A DNA stretch of 64,000 nt from Takakia lepidozioides (lineage: Eukaryota > Plantae > Bryophyta): NCBI GenBank assembly GCA_030704615.1, contig CM060731.1:15190001-15254000 (forward strand), given 5' to 3'. Positions 39,430 to 51,230 of this stretch are shown here, piece after piece (the stretch's first letter is position 1; each line of letters begins with the position of its first letter). The notes under the pieces were generated by a model. That model worked only from the letters and a program-made list of their open reading frames with translations. It ran no database searches and had not been told where the DNA came from. The position numbers and the translations under genes were made by a program.

Positions 39430-39828
39430 GGGTCCAAGGGGGTGTTGGCCTTGGATTTGGTAAGGGAGCTCTCCCTGATAGTAACTGCCATCCTTTTGGC
39501 TGGGCGGGTTGGCAGTTCATCGGTTGCTGAGTTTGGGGACCATTCAGAGAGGATATGTGCGAAGAAAGCGTGTGGTTTGGGCTCATGTTGTTGGAAATCA
39601 TGGACACGGAAGATTTCATGATAAGGAGCTGCATATGAGGCAATTCGAATACCATGCAGGGGGAAAGGTTAGGCCAGCACGGCCGACACCGGCTGACACT
39701 TTGGATGTTCTTCTGTTTCAGGGGTTCAATTGGGAATCCCCTAAACAATATCCTTGGTGCTGAATTTCCAGAGTAAGGTAGAGGACCTGACTGAACTGGG
39801 TGTCACAGATGTCTGGCTTCCTCCTGTC
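39430..39828 (+). pseudogene. Alpha-amylase N-terminal fragment
   Basis: Hydrophobic leader then DVLLFQGFNWESPKQYPW / LNFQSKVEDLTELGVTDVWLPP (frameshifted). Confidence 0.85.
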
Positions 39829-40554
39829 ATGGCGTATATTCAAGAGCCAATTGTATCTCAAATTGAACATTCATTCTTTAGCTGGATACTAACCTCCTAT
39901 GGCGAGGTGTGGGTAACAGGGTATAGAATCTTAGCCTGAAATTAGCACAGTGCTCGTATAATTAGCTGTTGACAAGTCTACTACAGGAAACTGAGTGTGA
40001 TTGGATGCCTACATTGACCTCACTTCAAACACATGAAACACTACGTCGGCACTGTTATTAGAGTAATCTCTCTGGATTGCCACTCCCAATCACACTGTTC
40101 AGGTCAAATGGGGCATAGATGACCTCATGAGAGATCAAATGATATGGTGTAGACTTTATCCCATTGACCAAATGTTGCAGCTTGTAACATACTAGAAAGT
40201 GTACAATGTACATAGGTATACAGAATCAAAGGTCTTTTAGTGCCCATCTTGATCATTGTTATCTCAAATCCACTCCACACTTCAAGCATATGCTATTAAA
40301 ACTTCTTATTGACAAAAGAATAGTAGAGAATGCCTCGACATCTGCAAAATTTATTAGCTGACAATTGTTTATGTTTTAGAAACAACAGTGCATCAACATC
40401 AATGGTTGAAATGATATTATCTTTTGACCATTTCTTTATTTTAAGAAGTGATATTAATAAATTTCCTACTTCCATTCAATCATGTCAAGTCTGTTGTTTC
40501 TTGTTAAACACACAGTTGGCAAAGAATGAGTTCACAATTTATTATGTTTTGGAA

Positions 40555-40786
40555 CATGAGTGTATCAATTTCCAGAGTTGCACTCAGTTGATGTAACTGA
40601 AACGACAGCTCGAGAAGCAAGATTAGTGAACAGAATGTTGCACTTCGAGTTGGAGCAGAAAGAGGTGGAATCGACCCCTCTAAGACTTAAAGTGGAGAAT
40701 ATGCGAATAATTCAAACTGAAATGCATACTCTAAATGAGAAACTGAGTCTGCTACAAATAAACTGATAGAGGAGCTACAATCTGAG
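40555..40786 (+). pseudogene. Coiled-coil host exon interrupted by chromovirus C; continues on minus strand from 54167
   Basis: ..ELEQKEVESTPLRLKVENMRII..IEELQSE joins RWESQGTILLYINMLKEAEKGTVKAQKELE across TSD CTGAG. Confidence 0.5.
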
Positions 40787-41512
40787 TGTCGCGGCCCTTT
40801 GACTTGAGGGCAGGGGGTCGGGACACGAGAGGGGCTGCCCCTGTGGTGGGGGCAGTGGCAACTATAGGTACGGGGGGTAAAGTACCCTTGAGTGCCTTGG
40901 GCACTCAAGGAGGCAGAGGCGCTCACTAGGTGGAACCCCGCACACCGGGTTGCGGTGGGGGTGGTTCCACGAAGGGTGGTGGTAGCTTAGTGAGTCTTAG
41001 TGGGGGTGGCATAGGACTCACCATGGGGCGGAAACCTTGTGGTGGGAGTCGTGGGGAGTCTTGGGACTCATCACGGTCCAATGGGGCCGTGGTGGGTGGG
41101 CCAAGACTCACCGCGACTTATCACCGGGAATTGAGGGTTTTTGTGGTGGTTCGCCATAAAATGACTTGGTTGTTTGTGAAACCCCCGCGGACAGTCACAG
41201 AAGTATATATAGGGAGTAGTAACCCCGAGAATGGTGCAAGCCCGTTGGTGACCAAAAAATAGTGAGTAAACGTGCGGGCCGGAAAGCGACCAAGGTGTGG
41301 GGAGTTGTTCCGGACTGCCAACAACCAAAGGGAATTTTCCACTAGGCCCAAATTGAAAGAGGGTCTTGTGGAGGAGTAAAGGGGGACCGTTATGTCCCGG
41401 TGAGCAGCCGAAGCTCCGAGTTGGCCCGGCGGCCAGTTTGGGAGTTAGGCGCGCGCATCAAAGCGAGTAACTATGACTTGAAGGGGAGCTTACCGAAGTG
41501 AGGTGCGTGACA
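40787..41512 (+). repeat. 5' LTR of element C (726 bp)
   Basis: TG..CA; 3' part matches reverse complement of 54168-54647. Confidence 0.92.
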
Positions 41513-41567
41513 CTTGGTATCAGAGCTTAGAGTTCAGTACGCAATCGTCCTTGAGATCGGCCTCATC

Positions 41568-44500
41568 ATGGGGTTGGGCAAGACAAAGCGAAAGCGGAAC
41601 GGCTCGAAAGATGATGATGCGGGTGAGCCCGATGGGGGCGACGTGTCACCGAAGCGGCAATCGGAAGAGGCGATTCATGCTTCTGAAAGCGAGGCCGCAC
41701 AAGGACGGGAGGAATTTTGGGAGTCGGAGCCCGAGGACTTCCCAAAGGCTTCGCCAGACCAACAGATGTCTCCCATGCCAGCAGCCTTTTGGGAAGGGTT
41801 GTTGGCGAAGTTTGGCAGGACGTTGAAGGACGTGTTGAAGGCGGCTAATGCCACTCCTACTAAGGCAAAGTTTAAGGTAAAGCCTAAGGAACCCAACACC
41901 TTTGAGGGCGTCCGAAATCGGAAGTCACTCAACACCTGGCTCTTGGAGCTAGAGAAGTACTTCCGGGCGGCCAAGTTGAGTGACGAGGATCGGGTGGAAG
42001 TGGCTCCTACCTATTTGAGGTGTTATGCTCAACAATGGTGGCAGAAACGCCTTCATGACCAAGGTCCAAACCCAGAAACCTTGAGCTGGAATGGGTTCGA
42101 GGAACTTATGAAAAGACAGTTTGTGCCCCTCAACGCATCATGGCTCGCCCGGGACAAGTTGAGGAATTTGAAGCAAACGAATGACATTCGGGGATATGTT
42201 CAGGCTTTCAATGTGCTGTTGCTCGAAATCGCGGATATGGCGGAACCAGAAATGGTCTTCAACTTTGTGGCGGGATTGGCCCCATGGGCCAGGCGGAAGT
42301 TGGAGGAGAAGCCACCTAAGACTTTGAACGAGGCAATTGAAATAGCTGAATGTTTCTCGGATGTCCCTAGGGGCAAAAGACAAGGCCGTACGGAGCTGAA
42401 CCACAAGAAGACTCGGCGGGAGGATGACTCCTTCCAACTGGAAAAGAAGCGGGATAGGCCACGCGACGACAATGGCACATGGAAATCGAAGGGAGGGCCT
42501 TCACACGTCAAGGCAACACCCGGTGCTCCGAAAGGAAAATCAAGTGCGACGGCTTATGGCGGACAGAAGGCGACCTTTGACCTTTGATGGAGTGTGTTTT
42601 AATTGTGGGGAGCCTGGGCACATGGCTAAGAAGTGCGCGAAGCCCCGTCAATTGAACTCGGGCGACTGTCCGAAGATTCCATCAGCCGTTTGGTGGAAGC
42701 GGTGGTCGCCAAGACTTGCAAGGAGCGTTGCACTCCTTCATGACACCGGCAATGGCATGGAAGCTGGAGCTCCCGACAAGTGATGTGGGGGCCTCCATTG
42801 AAGTGCTTTCAGCCAAAAGAGAACCACAATTGGCGACGAGGTTGGCTTCCTCTTCAGCTCGGGAGTTGGGAGGGACATGAGAACTTCACCATTTGCGAGA
42901 TCGATGGAGTGGATCTCATTTTGGGGATGACATTTTTGAGCAAATCCGGAGCAGTCATAGATGGCCGCAAGAGAATAGTCACGCTACCGTGTGGGAATGG
43001 TGGCAAGTGTTACGGGAGTCGGAAACGCCCAACCAAGTGGGAGGGCGAATAAACTTGCTGTTAGCAAAGGATCTAATGTCAAAGGGGTACATCCGGCCGA
43101 GTAAGTCACCCTACGGAGCCCCGGTGCTATTCGCAGACAAGAAAGATGGGATGCTGCGGATGTGTGTCGATTACAGGGCTCTATATAAGGTGACTATAAA
43201 AAACTGGTACCCTTTGCCAAGGATCGACGACCTCTTCGATCGGTTGGCAGGAGCGAAGTATTTCAGCCGAATCAATTTGCGCTCCGGCTACCATCAAATC
43301 CGAGTGGCGGAAGGAGATGAGGAGAAGACCGTGTGCAGGACAAGATATGGTTCATATGAGTTTTTGGTGATGCCTTTTGGGTTCACCAACGCACCCGCGA
43401 CCTTTAGCACGCTAATGAATAGCCTTTTCCAGGAGTGGTTGGATGACTTTGTGATTGTGTACATCGACGACATCTTGGTGTACTCAGAAACAAAGGAAGA
43501 GCACCTGGAGCACCTCAAAAGGGTGTTCCAGAAATTGCGGGAAGGGAAGCCGTATGCCAAAGCTTCAAAGTGCGAATTCGGGGTCACAAAAGTGGAGTTC
43601 CTAGGGCATTTGATTACACAGAATGGGATCAAAATGGATGACAGGAAGGTGAAGGTGATCTTGGACTGGGAGCCTCCGACTTCGGTCCCGGGAGTGCGAT
43701 CCTTCCTAGGACTCGCCTCCTATTACCGAAAGTATGTAAGAAATTTTGCCAAGATCGCGGGGCCACTGTCAGACCTTCTGTGTAAGTCCCAAGTATGGGT
43801 ATGGAACACCTTTTGTGGCCAGGCTTTTGCCGAGTTGAAGCAGCGGATGGCGGAAGCTCCAGTCCTGAAAATCCCGGAGTTCGACCGTCCATTTGAGATT
43901 CATACAGATGTGTCGGACTTCGCAATTGGGGGTGTGCTCATGCAGGATGGACGTCCAGTGGCTTACGAAAATAAGAAACTGAATGAAGTAGAGCGACGGT
44001 GGCCTATGCACGAGAAAGAAATAAAGGCGGTGGTGCATTGCCTTCACTACAACAGATCGCGGTATTTATGACTGTATATATGACTATTCTGCAGTCATAA
44101 ACGGTACCTATGACTTCTATGACTGTAAGACGTGCAAACCAAATGAATACAATGAATAAAGGATGGTACGGTCCGGATAACTACAGTCAAATAAACCAAG
44201 TGATATCTCTCACTGTAGTTATATATACCATACTGTAGTCGCCGCTGCCGCGCCACGTGGCGAGAAGCAATTGATTATAAAAATAAAAATAAAACATTTT
44301 TTAATAAAAAAAACTAAAAAAATATGTCAGACGTCACGTCGTACCGCGTTGTGCCACGTGGCATAATGCATTTTATAATAATGAAAAAAACCACATGACA
44401 GCCCATCTAAGGTGTCACGTGCTATCCCTAGCTCGCCTACAAAACCTAGTCCAACTTATCCATTTGATTATACTTAGAGGAGTATGAACCTGCAACCTCT

Positions 44501-46575
44501 TCACTATAAGAGTTATAGTTCATTACCTGCTAACCAATATACCTATTAGTCATTCATGTGATCATATGGTGTTTTTAATTGTATTATACACACCAAATTA
44601 CAAAATCCCCAGTAGTCATCATGACTATATAACCTCATCCATGTACACTGTAGTCATGGAAAAGACTATCAGTGGTGAGCTAAATCTGGTCAATTGCCGT
44701 TCCGCCCGTTGCCGTTGCCGCCCATTCTGGAGCCAAGTAGTCATACAAACGACTACTTAGATAGTCGTTCATATGACTACAGTCGTATGAACGACTGCGG
44801 GAGGTCAATTTCATTTAAAAACATGGTGCAGTCATGGTCAAAGTCAAGAAAACCATGACTACCACGGTTTGGCAGTCAAAATTACCGCGATCTGTCGTAG
44901 TGCTTGAGCTTTGGCGCCACTATGTTGGTTCCAACCCGGTGAAGGTATTCACGGACAATGTCACGGTGAAGTACTTTGCCACACAGCCTAAGTTGACCCC
45001 AAAAACAACTTAGGTGGCAAGACACTTTGGCAGTGTTCGACGTGGATATCCAGTACAAACCGGGACGGGACAATGTGGTGGCCGATGCTTTAAGTAGAAA
45101 GCAGCAGCTCATGTTGGTGTATAGAGGCGAGACGACGCTCCAAAGGAAGATCCGGAAGGCTTACCGAAAGGATGAGATGGCGAAGTTCGTAATGCGGGAC
45201 TTGAGGTTGGGGATTAAATTGCAGTTCCACTTGCACAATGGACTGCTCCGGTACAAGCAAAAGCGTCTCTACGTGCCGAAGGGAGGGATCAGAGATAGTC
45301 TCTTGAGAGAATGCCATGATGGCCCGCTTGCGGGCCACATCGGAGCCAAGCGCACTGCGGCACTCTTGAAGAAAGAGTATTTCTGGCCCAAAGTGAGGGA
45401 GGAGGCTGAGGAGTATGTCAAGACATGCACCACATGCCAACAAAACCGGAGCAGGTACAAAAAGCAAGCGGGGCTGTTACAACCCTTGTCGATTCCAGAG
45501 GGGTCTTGGGAAAGTGTCTCGATGGATTTCATGACTGCTATGCCGTTGTCAAAAGGATTCGATGCAATCATGGTGGTGGTGGATAGATTCAGTAAAATGG
45601 GCCATTTCATTCCCACCAAGGAGACGGCAACGGCGCAGAAGACGGGACGACTTTACTTCACCCACGTCTTCAAGCATCATGGACTTCCGAAGGATATTGT
45701 CTCGGACCACGATCCAAAGTTTACAAGTAAATTTTGGAGGGCACTTTGGAAAAAAATGGGGACGAGGCTCAAGATGAGCACCGCCTTCCAACCTACGACG
45801 GACGGCCAAACGGAAAGAGTGAATTCCGTGATGAAGCAGATCTTGCGGAATTATGTGTCGGCAGACCAATCAGACTGGGTGGAGCACTTGGATGCGGCAG
45901 AGTTATGTTATAATAACACAAAACACTCCGCAACGGGAGTTTCCCCTTTCGTATTGGTCTATGGAAAAGCACCTCTGGTGCCGACAAGTTGGGCTGCCCA
46001 GGACGTTGAGGAACCGGCAGCAGCAGCGGTGCTAGAAGAACGCGAGCGTTTATTGGAGCTCGCAAAGTACAACATGCCAAAGCTAGGAAACGGTATGAAT
46101 GGCAGGCGAATCGGAAGCGGAGGGAGGTTAAGTTTGAGGCAGGCACGGAGGTCTGGTTGAACAGCAAGAATTTTCGACTACCTCCGGAAGTGAGTCCGAA
46201 GTTCGTACCTCCGTATGCGGGGCCCTTTCGCATCCGGAAGGTTATGAATGAGGATGTGTATGAATTGGACCTGCCGGCAAACAGCAAGGTGCATCCGGTA
46301 TTCCACGTCTCCCTTATTTCAAAGATAGCGCGTCCGAATCGGCATCAAGTGTTGCGTCCGCCACCTGTGCTGTTGGATCATGAAAATGAACCTGAGTACG
46401 GGTGGAGGCAGTGCTTAAGTCGAGGAGGTTCAAGAATCGAGAAACAAAGTATCTCGTGAAATGGAAGGGTTATCATCAAGTGGAGGCAACTTGGGTACGT
46501 GCCTCAGAAATGAGAAACGCATCTGAGGCGGTTGCAGCTTTCGAAGGGCGACCTCAAAAGCGAAATAAGCGTTGA
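41568..46575 (+). pseudogene. gag-pol of chromovirus C (frameshifts, partial protease, CACTA insertion in RNase H)
   Basis: ORFs 41514-42587, 42424-42783 (CFNCGEPGHMAKKC), 42893-44071, 45027-46160, 46157-46459. Confidence 0.9.
44045..44902. mobile_element. Non-autonomous CACTA element (858 bp)
   Basis: TIRs CACTACAACAGATCGCGGTA / TACCGCGATCTGTCGTAGTG; 3-bp TSD CTT (44042-44044, 44903-44905); ATGACT/AGTCAT subterminal repeats. Confidence 0.93.
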
Positions 46576-47336
46576 TGGGGATATCAACCTTGGATCGTGG
46601 GGGAGGAAATGCATACTTAGTCTGGCTTAGCTAGCTCAGGAATCCGATTGCAAAAACTTGTGTTGTACAAATTTTGTTATAAATGAAATGGTTTCCAAAT
46701 GTTGTGCTTCCTATTTTGTTTGGAATGGTGATGCATGGTATGGTTGGCTAGTGTGTAGAATGCATGCTAGCTTATAAAAGTGGGAGAGATAAATTGGATT
46801 AATTGTGTGTTTGCGTAGTGCCGAAATCGAGTGACTCCCATCCAAGAGGCAAGGAAACTTGCGTCTTCTTTGGGAGTTCACGTGCTAGTGCGCACCTGGC
46901 GCGTGCACGTACTATAACTGCGCTACCGAGGGGGTTGTATTGTAGTGCGGACTAATGCGGAAGTTACGTGCTTCCGTTCACGTACTATAATCGTGTAACC
47001 TCGGGACGAAGTCGTAGTGCGGCTTCGGCGTGTTCCCGTACCTCAGACTAGCATTCCAAGGCGGACCCATTGTAGTAATTGAGGCGCACGATTGGTTCAA
47101 GGTTATCTTCCTAGTAAAAAAGGGTTCAAGGTGAACCCTTGCTCCAGGTGATGCCAAAATCGGCATCATGAGCGGTGGCAATCAATGTTGTTGCAGTAAG
47201 GCGATTCGATCCTCGGGGAGGATCCTTCCTTGGCCTTGAAGTGGGCCAAGAAGAGTGCACTGGGTGGAGCTTGAGAGGCTCCACCCTTGGCCGGGACTTG
47301 GAGGAAGTCGGCCGAACTAGCTAGTGGAGGGGGGGT

Positions 47337-47465
47337 GCTATTCCGTGAGCCCGGAGGCGTGAGCCTGTGAGCCCAGGAAACCGTGAGCCCAGCACAGGCT
47401 CACGCCACGTCAGCATGCATACAGGGCCTATTTCCGCGGGTGTCACCTATTACCGCGGGTTGAGC
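47337..47465 (+). mobile_element. Putative MULE-family terminus (end X)
   Basis: GCTATTCCGTGAGC, GTGAGCC repeats, AGGGCCTATTTCCGCGG; sits directly after the PPT, replacing the start of element C's 3' LTR. Confidence 0.65.
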
Positions 47466-48428
47466 AGCCATTTCCAGGGAATGCAGACTGGATGTGTTAC
47501 ATCCATTGTACCCATCCTTTCTATCCATTGCATCCATTTAGACGTTATCAACATACCAAGCCCCTGCATTGGAATGTGGCTACGTTGTGAGCAGGTGCAC
47601 ACTGACATCATCCAAAGTGGATCCCTGTGAAATCTTTTCTTACTCACCACCCGAACATGCCAGGTATGTGCGGGAGCATCATGGATGCTCACCAGAATTG
47701 AGAATGCCTGAACGCTCTTTGATCACGTGGACTTCAACGTGATGGATTTACCAAGCATTCTTCTAGCAGGAATGGTTTGGAGACCAACGAGCAAATGATG
47801 CGAGAATGCTCTACCCGAATCAAAGTCGTTTGTTTATTTTTGCAATGCACACAAGCCTGTGAGCTCTGGAAAACACTAAATAGATTGAAGGAACAATCCG
47901 GGGAGTCCATGCAACCCCCATCTCCAACGATAGTTTGTTCCCATGAATTTGCATCCCACGCACACATTGCAAACAGGACAACAAGGACACACAACCATCC
48001 CATTTCAAAATTGGCCCCGAATAGAAGCAAAAGAAAACTTCATATCAAGTGTCACAGTCATCAAAATCAGTGTCAACCTCCTGTGCTATGTCATCCACAA
48101 AGATTCTGGCCCCAACACCAAGTCTTCTACCACGGCCGTCGATGGGTGAACTGCGAGTGCCATGAATGGACATGCTTGCTGCGAGTGCCTCCGCATAGAC
48201 AGGTAGCACGTAAGACCGAGGAGGACTTGAAAGAAGTCCAAATAGGTGTGATAGCCCTGGAGGGTCAGTGGAAGCACGTAGACTCCTGCACAAGTCGACA
48301 AAAACCCATTTTGAATACAATGATGCAATGCACAAGTCCAACGAAGAGGATGTCTCCCATGTGCACTTTGTCTTAAGAACAGTGATTCTGGATATTGAAA
48401 CAACAATGCAAGCATCCACAGGTTGAAC

Positions 48429-49300
48429 TTACTCATAGGCAAAGTCGGAGTCCAGCTCCTTGTCGAAAGTCTCCCCTGTATCAATATCACCAGGAAGGGG
48501 CTTCGGAAGGACTTGAGAAGTGTGTCCACCCAAACCCATCAGGAGGTTCTTGTAAATCTCGGCATCCGCTTCAATCCCAAAGAGATGTCGCGCACTGGCC
48601 TTGCAAGCGTGGTACGAAGCACCTGCAATGGAATAGAATGAAGGAAACAGACATTGAAGACACATTTGGAACGGTGGGAAGTGCTGAAAGTGCAAGCTCA
48701 AACAAACCTCATGAAATGTGAATGTTGAAGAGACAAACCTGTGCCCATTGACAAATCCAGAACTCTGGCGTCTATGTAGGTGCAGCACTCCACAATCGTT
48801 TGAATGAAAGCCGGACTCTTCTCCCTCGCCCCTTTCCAAGGAACCCCATTCCCCCTTCGCAAGCACACGTTGTTGTCGACGTAGTTGTGGTGTATGTCAT
48901 CCGTGGGAGGATCTGTCCTCTCGTCTATGAACTTGCCCCCATGAGTGATGGCGAACTCCCTAATAACGGCCGGAGTCGTAGGTGGATGCACTCGGACGAG
49001 ACAAACAGCTTCAAACAAACGAGTTTGCGAACAGGACATCCACAAGGAACTAAGAAGCTTCAAAACCAGGCCCCTACATATGAGTTTGAGCGACCTATGC
49101 AACTCCATCCGAGAACCACCAAGAAGAGGAAGAAGAAGGCAGATTTACCATCTCTCCCGGACAATCCCCCTTCGTCAGGTACATGCTGTTCACACAATTC
49201 CATGTCTTCACGACCCTCATACCGGAGGCTTTCAAAAGGTAAGTTGTTCGCGTACCCACAACTAGACTATCATCAGTGGCGTTGAAGAGATCAACCTCAA
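48429..49300 (-). pseudogene. Beta-class amino-MTase-like gene, copy 2, 3' half (motifs X, I, II)
   Basis: REKSPAFIQTIVECCTYIDARVLDLSMGTG [GT-AG intron 48623-48738] ASYHACKASARHLFGIEADAEIY, matching the N6_N4_Mtase pattern KP..L....I...T..GD.VLDPFxGSGTT..A....R.FIGIE.D..Y. Confidence 0.8.
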
Positions 49301-49309
49301 CTTTCACCA

Positions 49310-51230
49310 GTGTGTAAACAATCATTTCCACCCCATGAAGTTTCTCAAACCCACTGGCATGAGAGTTTTTGTGGTCATACGTCAGTATACTGTGAGGGGA
49401 TGCACATGTTTGTGATGACATGTGCTAGAAGGACTATTAGGGCTGGCAGCGAACTATTTGCATCATACGAGTTCTCCCGGGATGATTGGGACCTCCGATT
49501 ACGGCGTGAGTGGGATGTGTATGATAGAAATAGGGTTCCTTTGAGACAGGGATCGCGTAGAGGGGCATTGTAGATATTGTCATGATGTACTTTGTATACA
49601 TCCGATTAATCGATTGATGTAAAAAAATTTCTTGTTGCTCGTGTGGGTTGCAACTTTGCATATGTGATCTAAACATACTCATGCACATGTGGACCAAATA
49701 TGAGCTTGAACCAAGTTGATTCCAGGTGCCACAGGGCGGCAAACATCGACCATAGCTCTTATGTCAGGCTTAGCCCCCGTCTTGTTTCCTGGGTAGTGAT
49801 TCACATGGATTAGGGAACTTACGGTGTGTTGGCAGTGTTCTTGAAAGGAATTTTGTGAATGTCGGTGCCGACCATCACATCCAGAGCTGTTGTGAGCTTC
49901 TATGGAGAGAGATTTCTTGTACGTTTTGTAGGGAACATTGTCCTTTTAGGCAGTGTTACTCGCAGGAATGTTTTGAATGTCGGTGCCGACATTCACTTTG
50001 AGTGTTGTGGGCTTCTACAGAGAGAGATTGCTTTCCAATAGGGCAGGGATATTTCCCTGCAGAATACACAGGGAAGCAAGTGGTCTTGGTCGTTCATTTC
50101 ATTCTGTAGTACTGCTGTCAGGATCCAGTGTACTGGTTTGCATATCCATGAAACGTACTTTCTTTCAGGAATGTTATATTCACCACCGGCACTTAGAAAA
50201 AACTTCTTTCTCACTTCACGCTTTGGTCCGTTGGGTTTTGTCTCATGGTTCGCAAGTACACAAAATATGTGCTTATGGATGGAAATCACCTCAGCGGTAT
50301 CCCAGATTATCTTGACATGTGGTCGGACCCTGGCAACGATCCAACCATGTACACTGCACGGATATTGAAGGACTGGAGTCCTGCACACCTCAGGGACTGT
50401 GGTTGGTACCTGGACTGCCCTCCTGAGCACACGACTTTTCAAGAGCAGCAAATGAAATATTTGAACAATCATGCTGAGATGTTGGCACCTCTGAACGACG
50501 AGGAGTACCAAAGAAACATAGCAGCATCGACTGCCAAGGAGCCTGACGCACAGGAAATAACCCAGAAGGGCAAGAAGGGGGGGCGCAAGACCAAACACAA
50601 GGGTTCTGATGGCATAGCCAAGTCACTAGCGAAGACAAAGGACAAAAACAAGTCGAAGGAGAAGGAGAAGGAAAAGGAAAAGGGGAAGGAGAAAGAAAAG
50701 GAGAAGAGGAAGGAGAAGGAGAGTGAGAAGGACTTCACCACCGGAAGCTATACCCGCACAATTCAGTGCGTGTTCGATGCCAGGCCACACCCTTCCCGTG
50801 CTGATTTGGCAGGGGAGATTAAGATTGTCAATGAGGGATGGCTGGCGATGATGGAGAGTCACAAGAAAGGATACACTGGGGTGCCTTCGCCTACTTGGGA
50901 TAACATGATCTCTTTCCTTAATCTGGTGGGAATTTCACTGTCATTCCTGTGCATTTGTAAGTGACATTGGCAGTATTGATCTTTGTTTCCTTTCAAACAT
51001 TCTTCTCTTCGTTCTCAAAGTGAACATGTCTGTCACAGGTGAGCACTGGTCCCTCTTTCGTGTGCGGTGTGCAGAAAATGTTTGCTGCTGACATGGTCAT
51101 TCTTGACATCCCGGACGGCCAGGCTATTCCAGAAGTTCTTCCGAAGGGCAAAACGCCAAGCTAGAACAAATTCGATGACAACTACTGAAGTTGGGTGTTC
51201 GGGTTCTGCAAATTTCCTTGCTTTTCTCAA
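49310..51230 (+). pseudogene. Beta-class amino-MTase-like gene, copy 2, 5' half (locally inverted)
   Basis: ORF 50245-50964 homologous to copy 1; ADMVILDIPDG at 51087-51119 (motif IV-like); KE-rich linker. Confidence 0.68.

Larger units (their letters stand above)
40787..47337 (+). mobile_element. Chromovirus (Ty3/Gypsy) element C
   Basis: 5' LTR 40787-41512 (TG..CA); tRNA-iMet PBS TGGTATCAGAGC at 41515; gag; [11 protein letters not shown]; RH; INT; chromodomain KYLVKWKGY...EATW (~46390-46560); PPT ending ~47335; TSD CTGAG 40782-40786. Confidence 0.93.
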
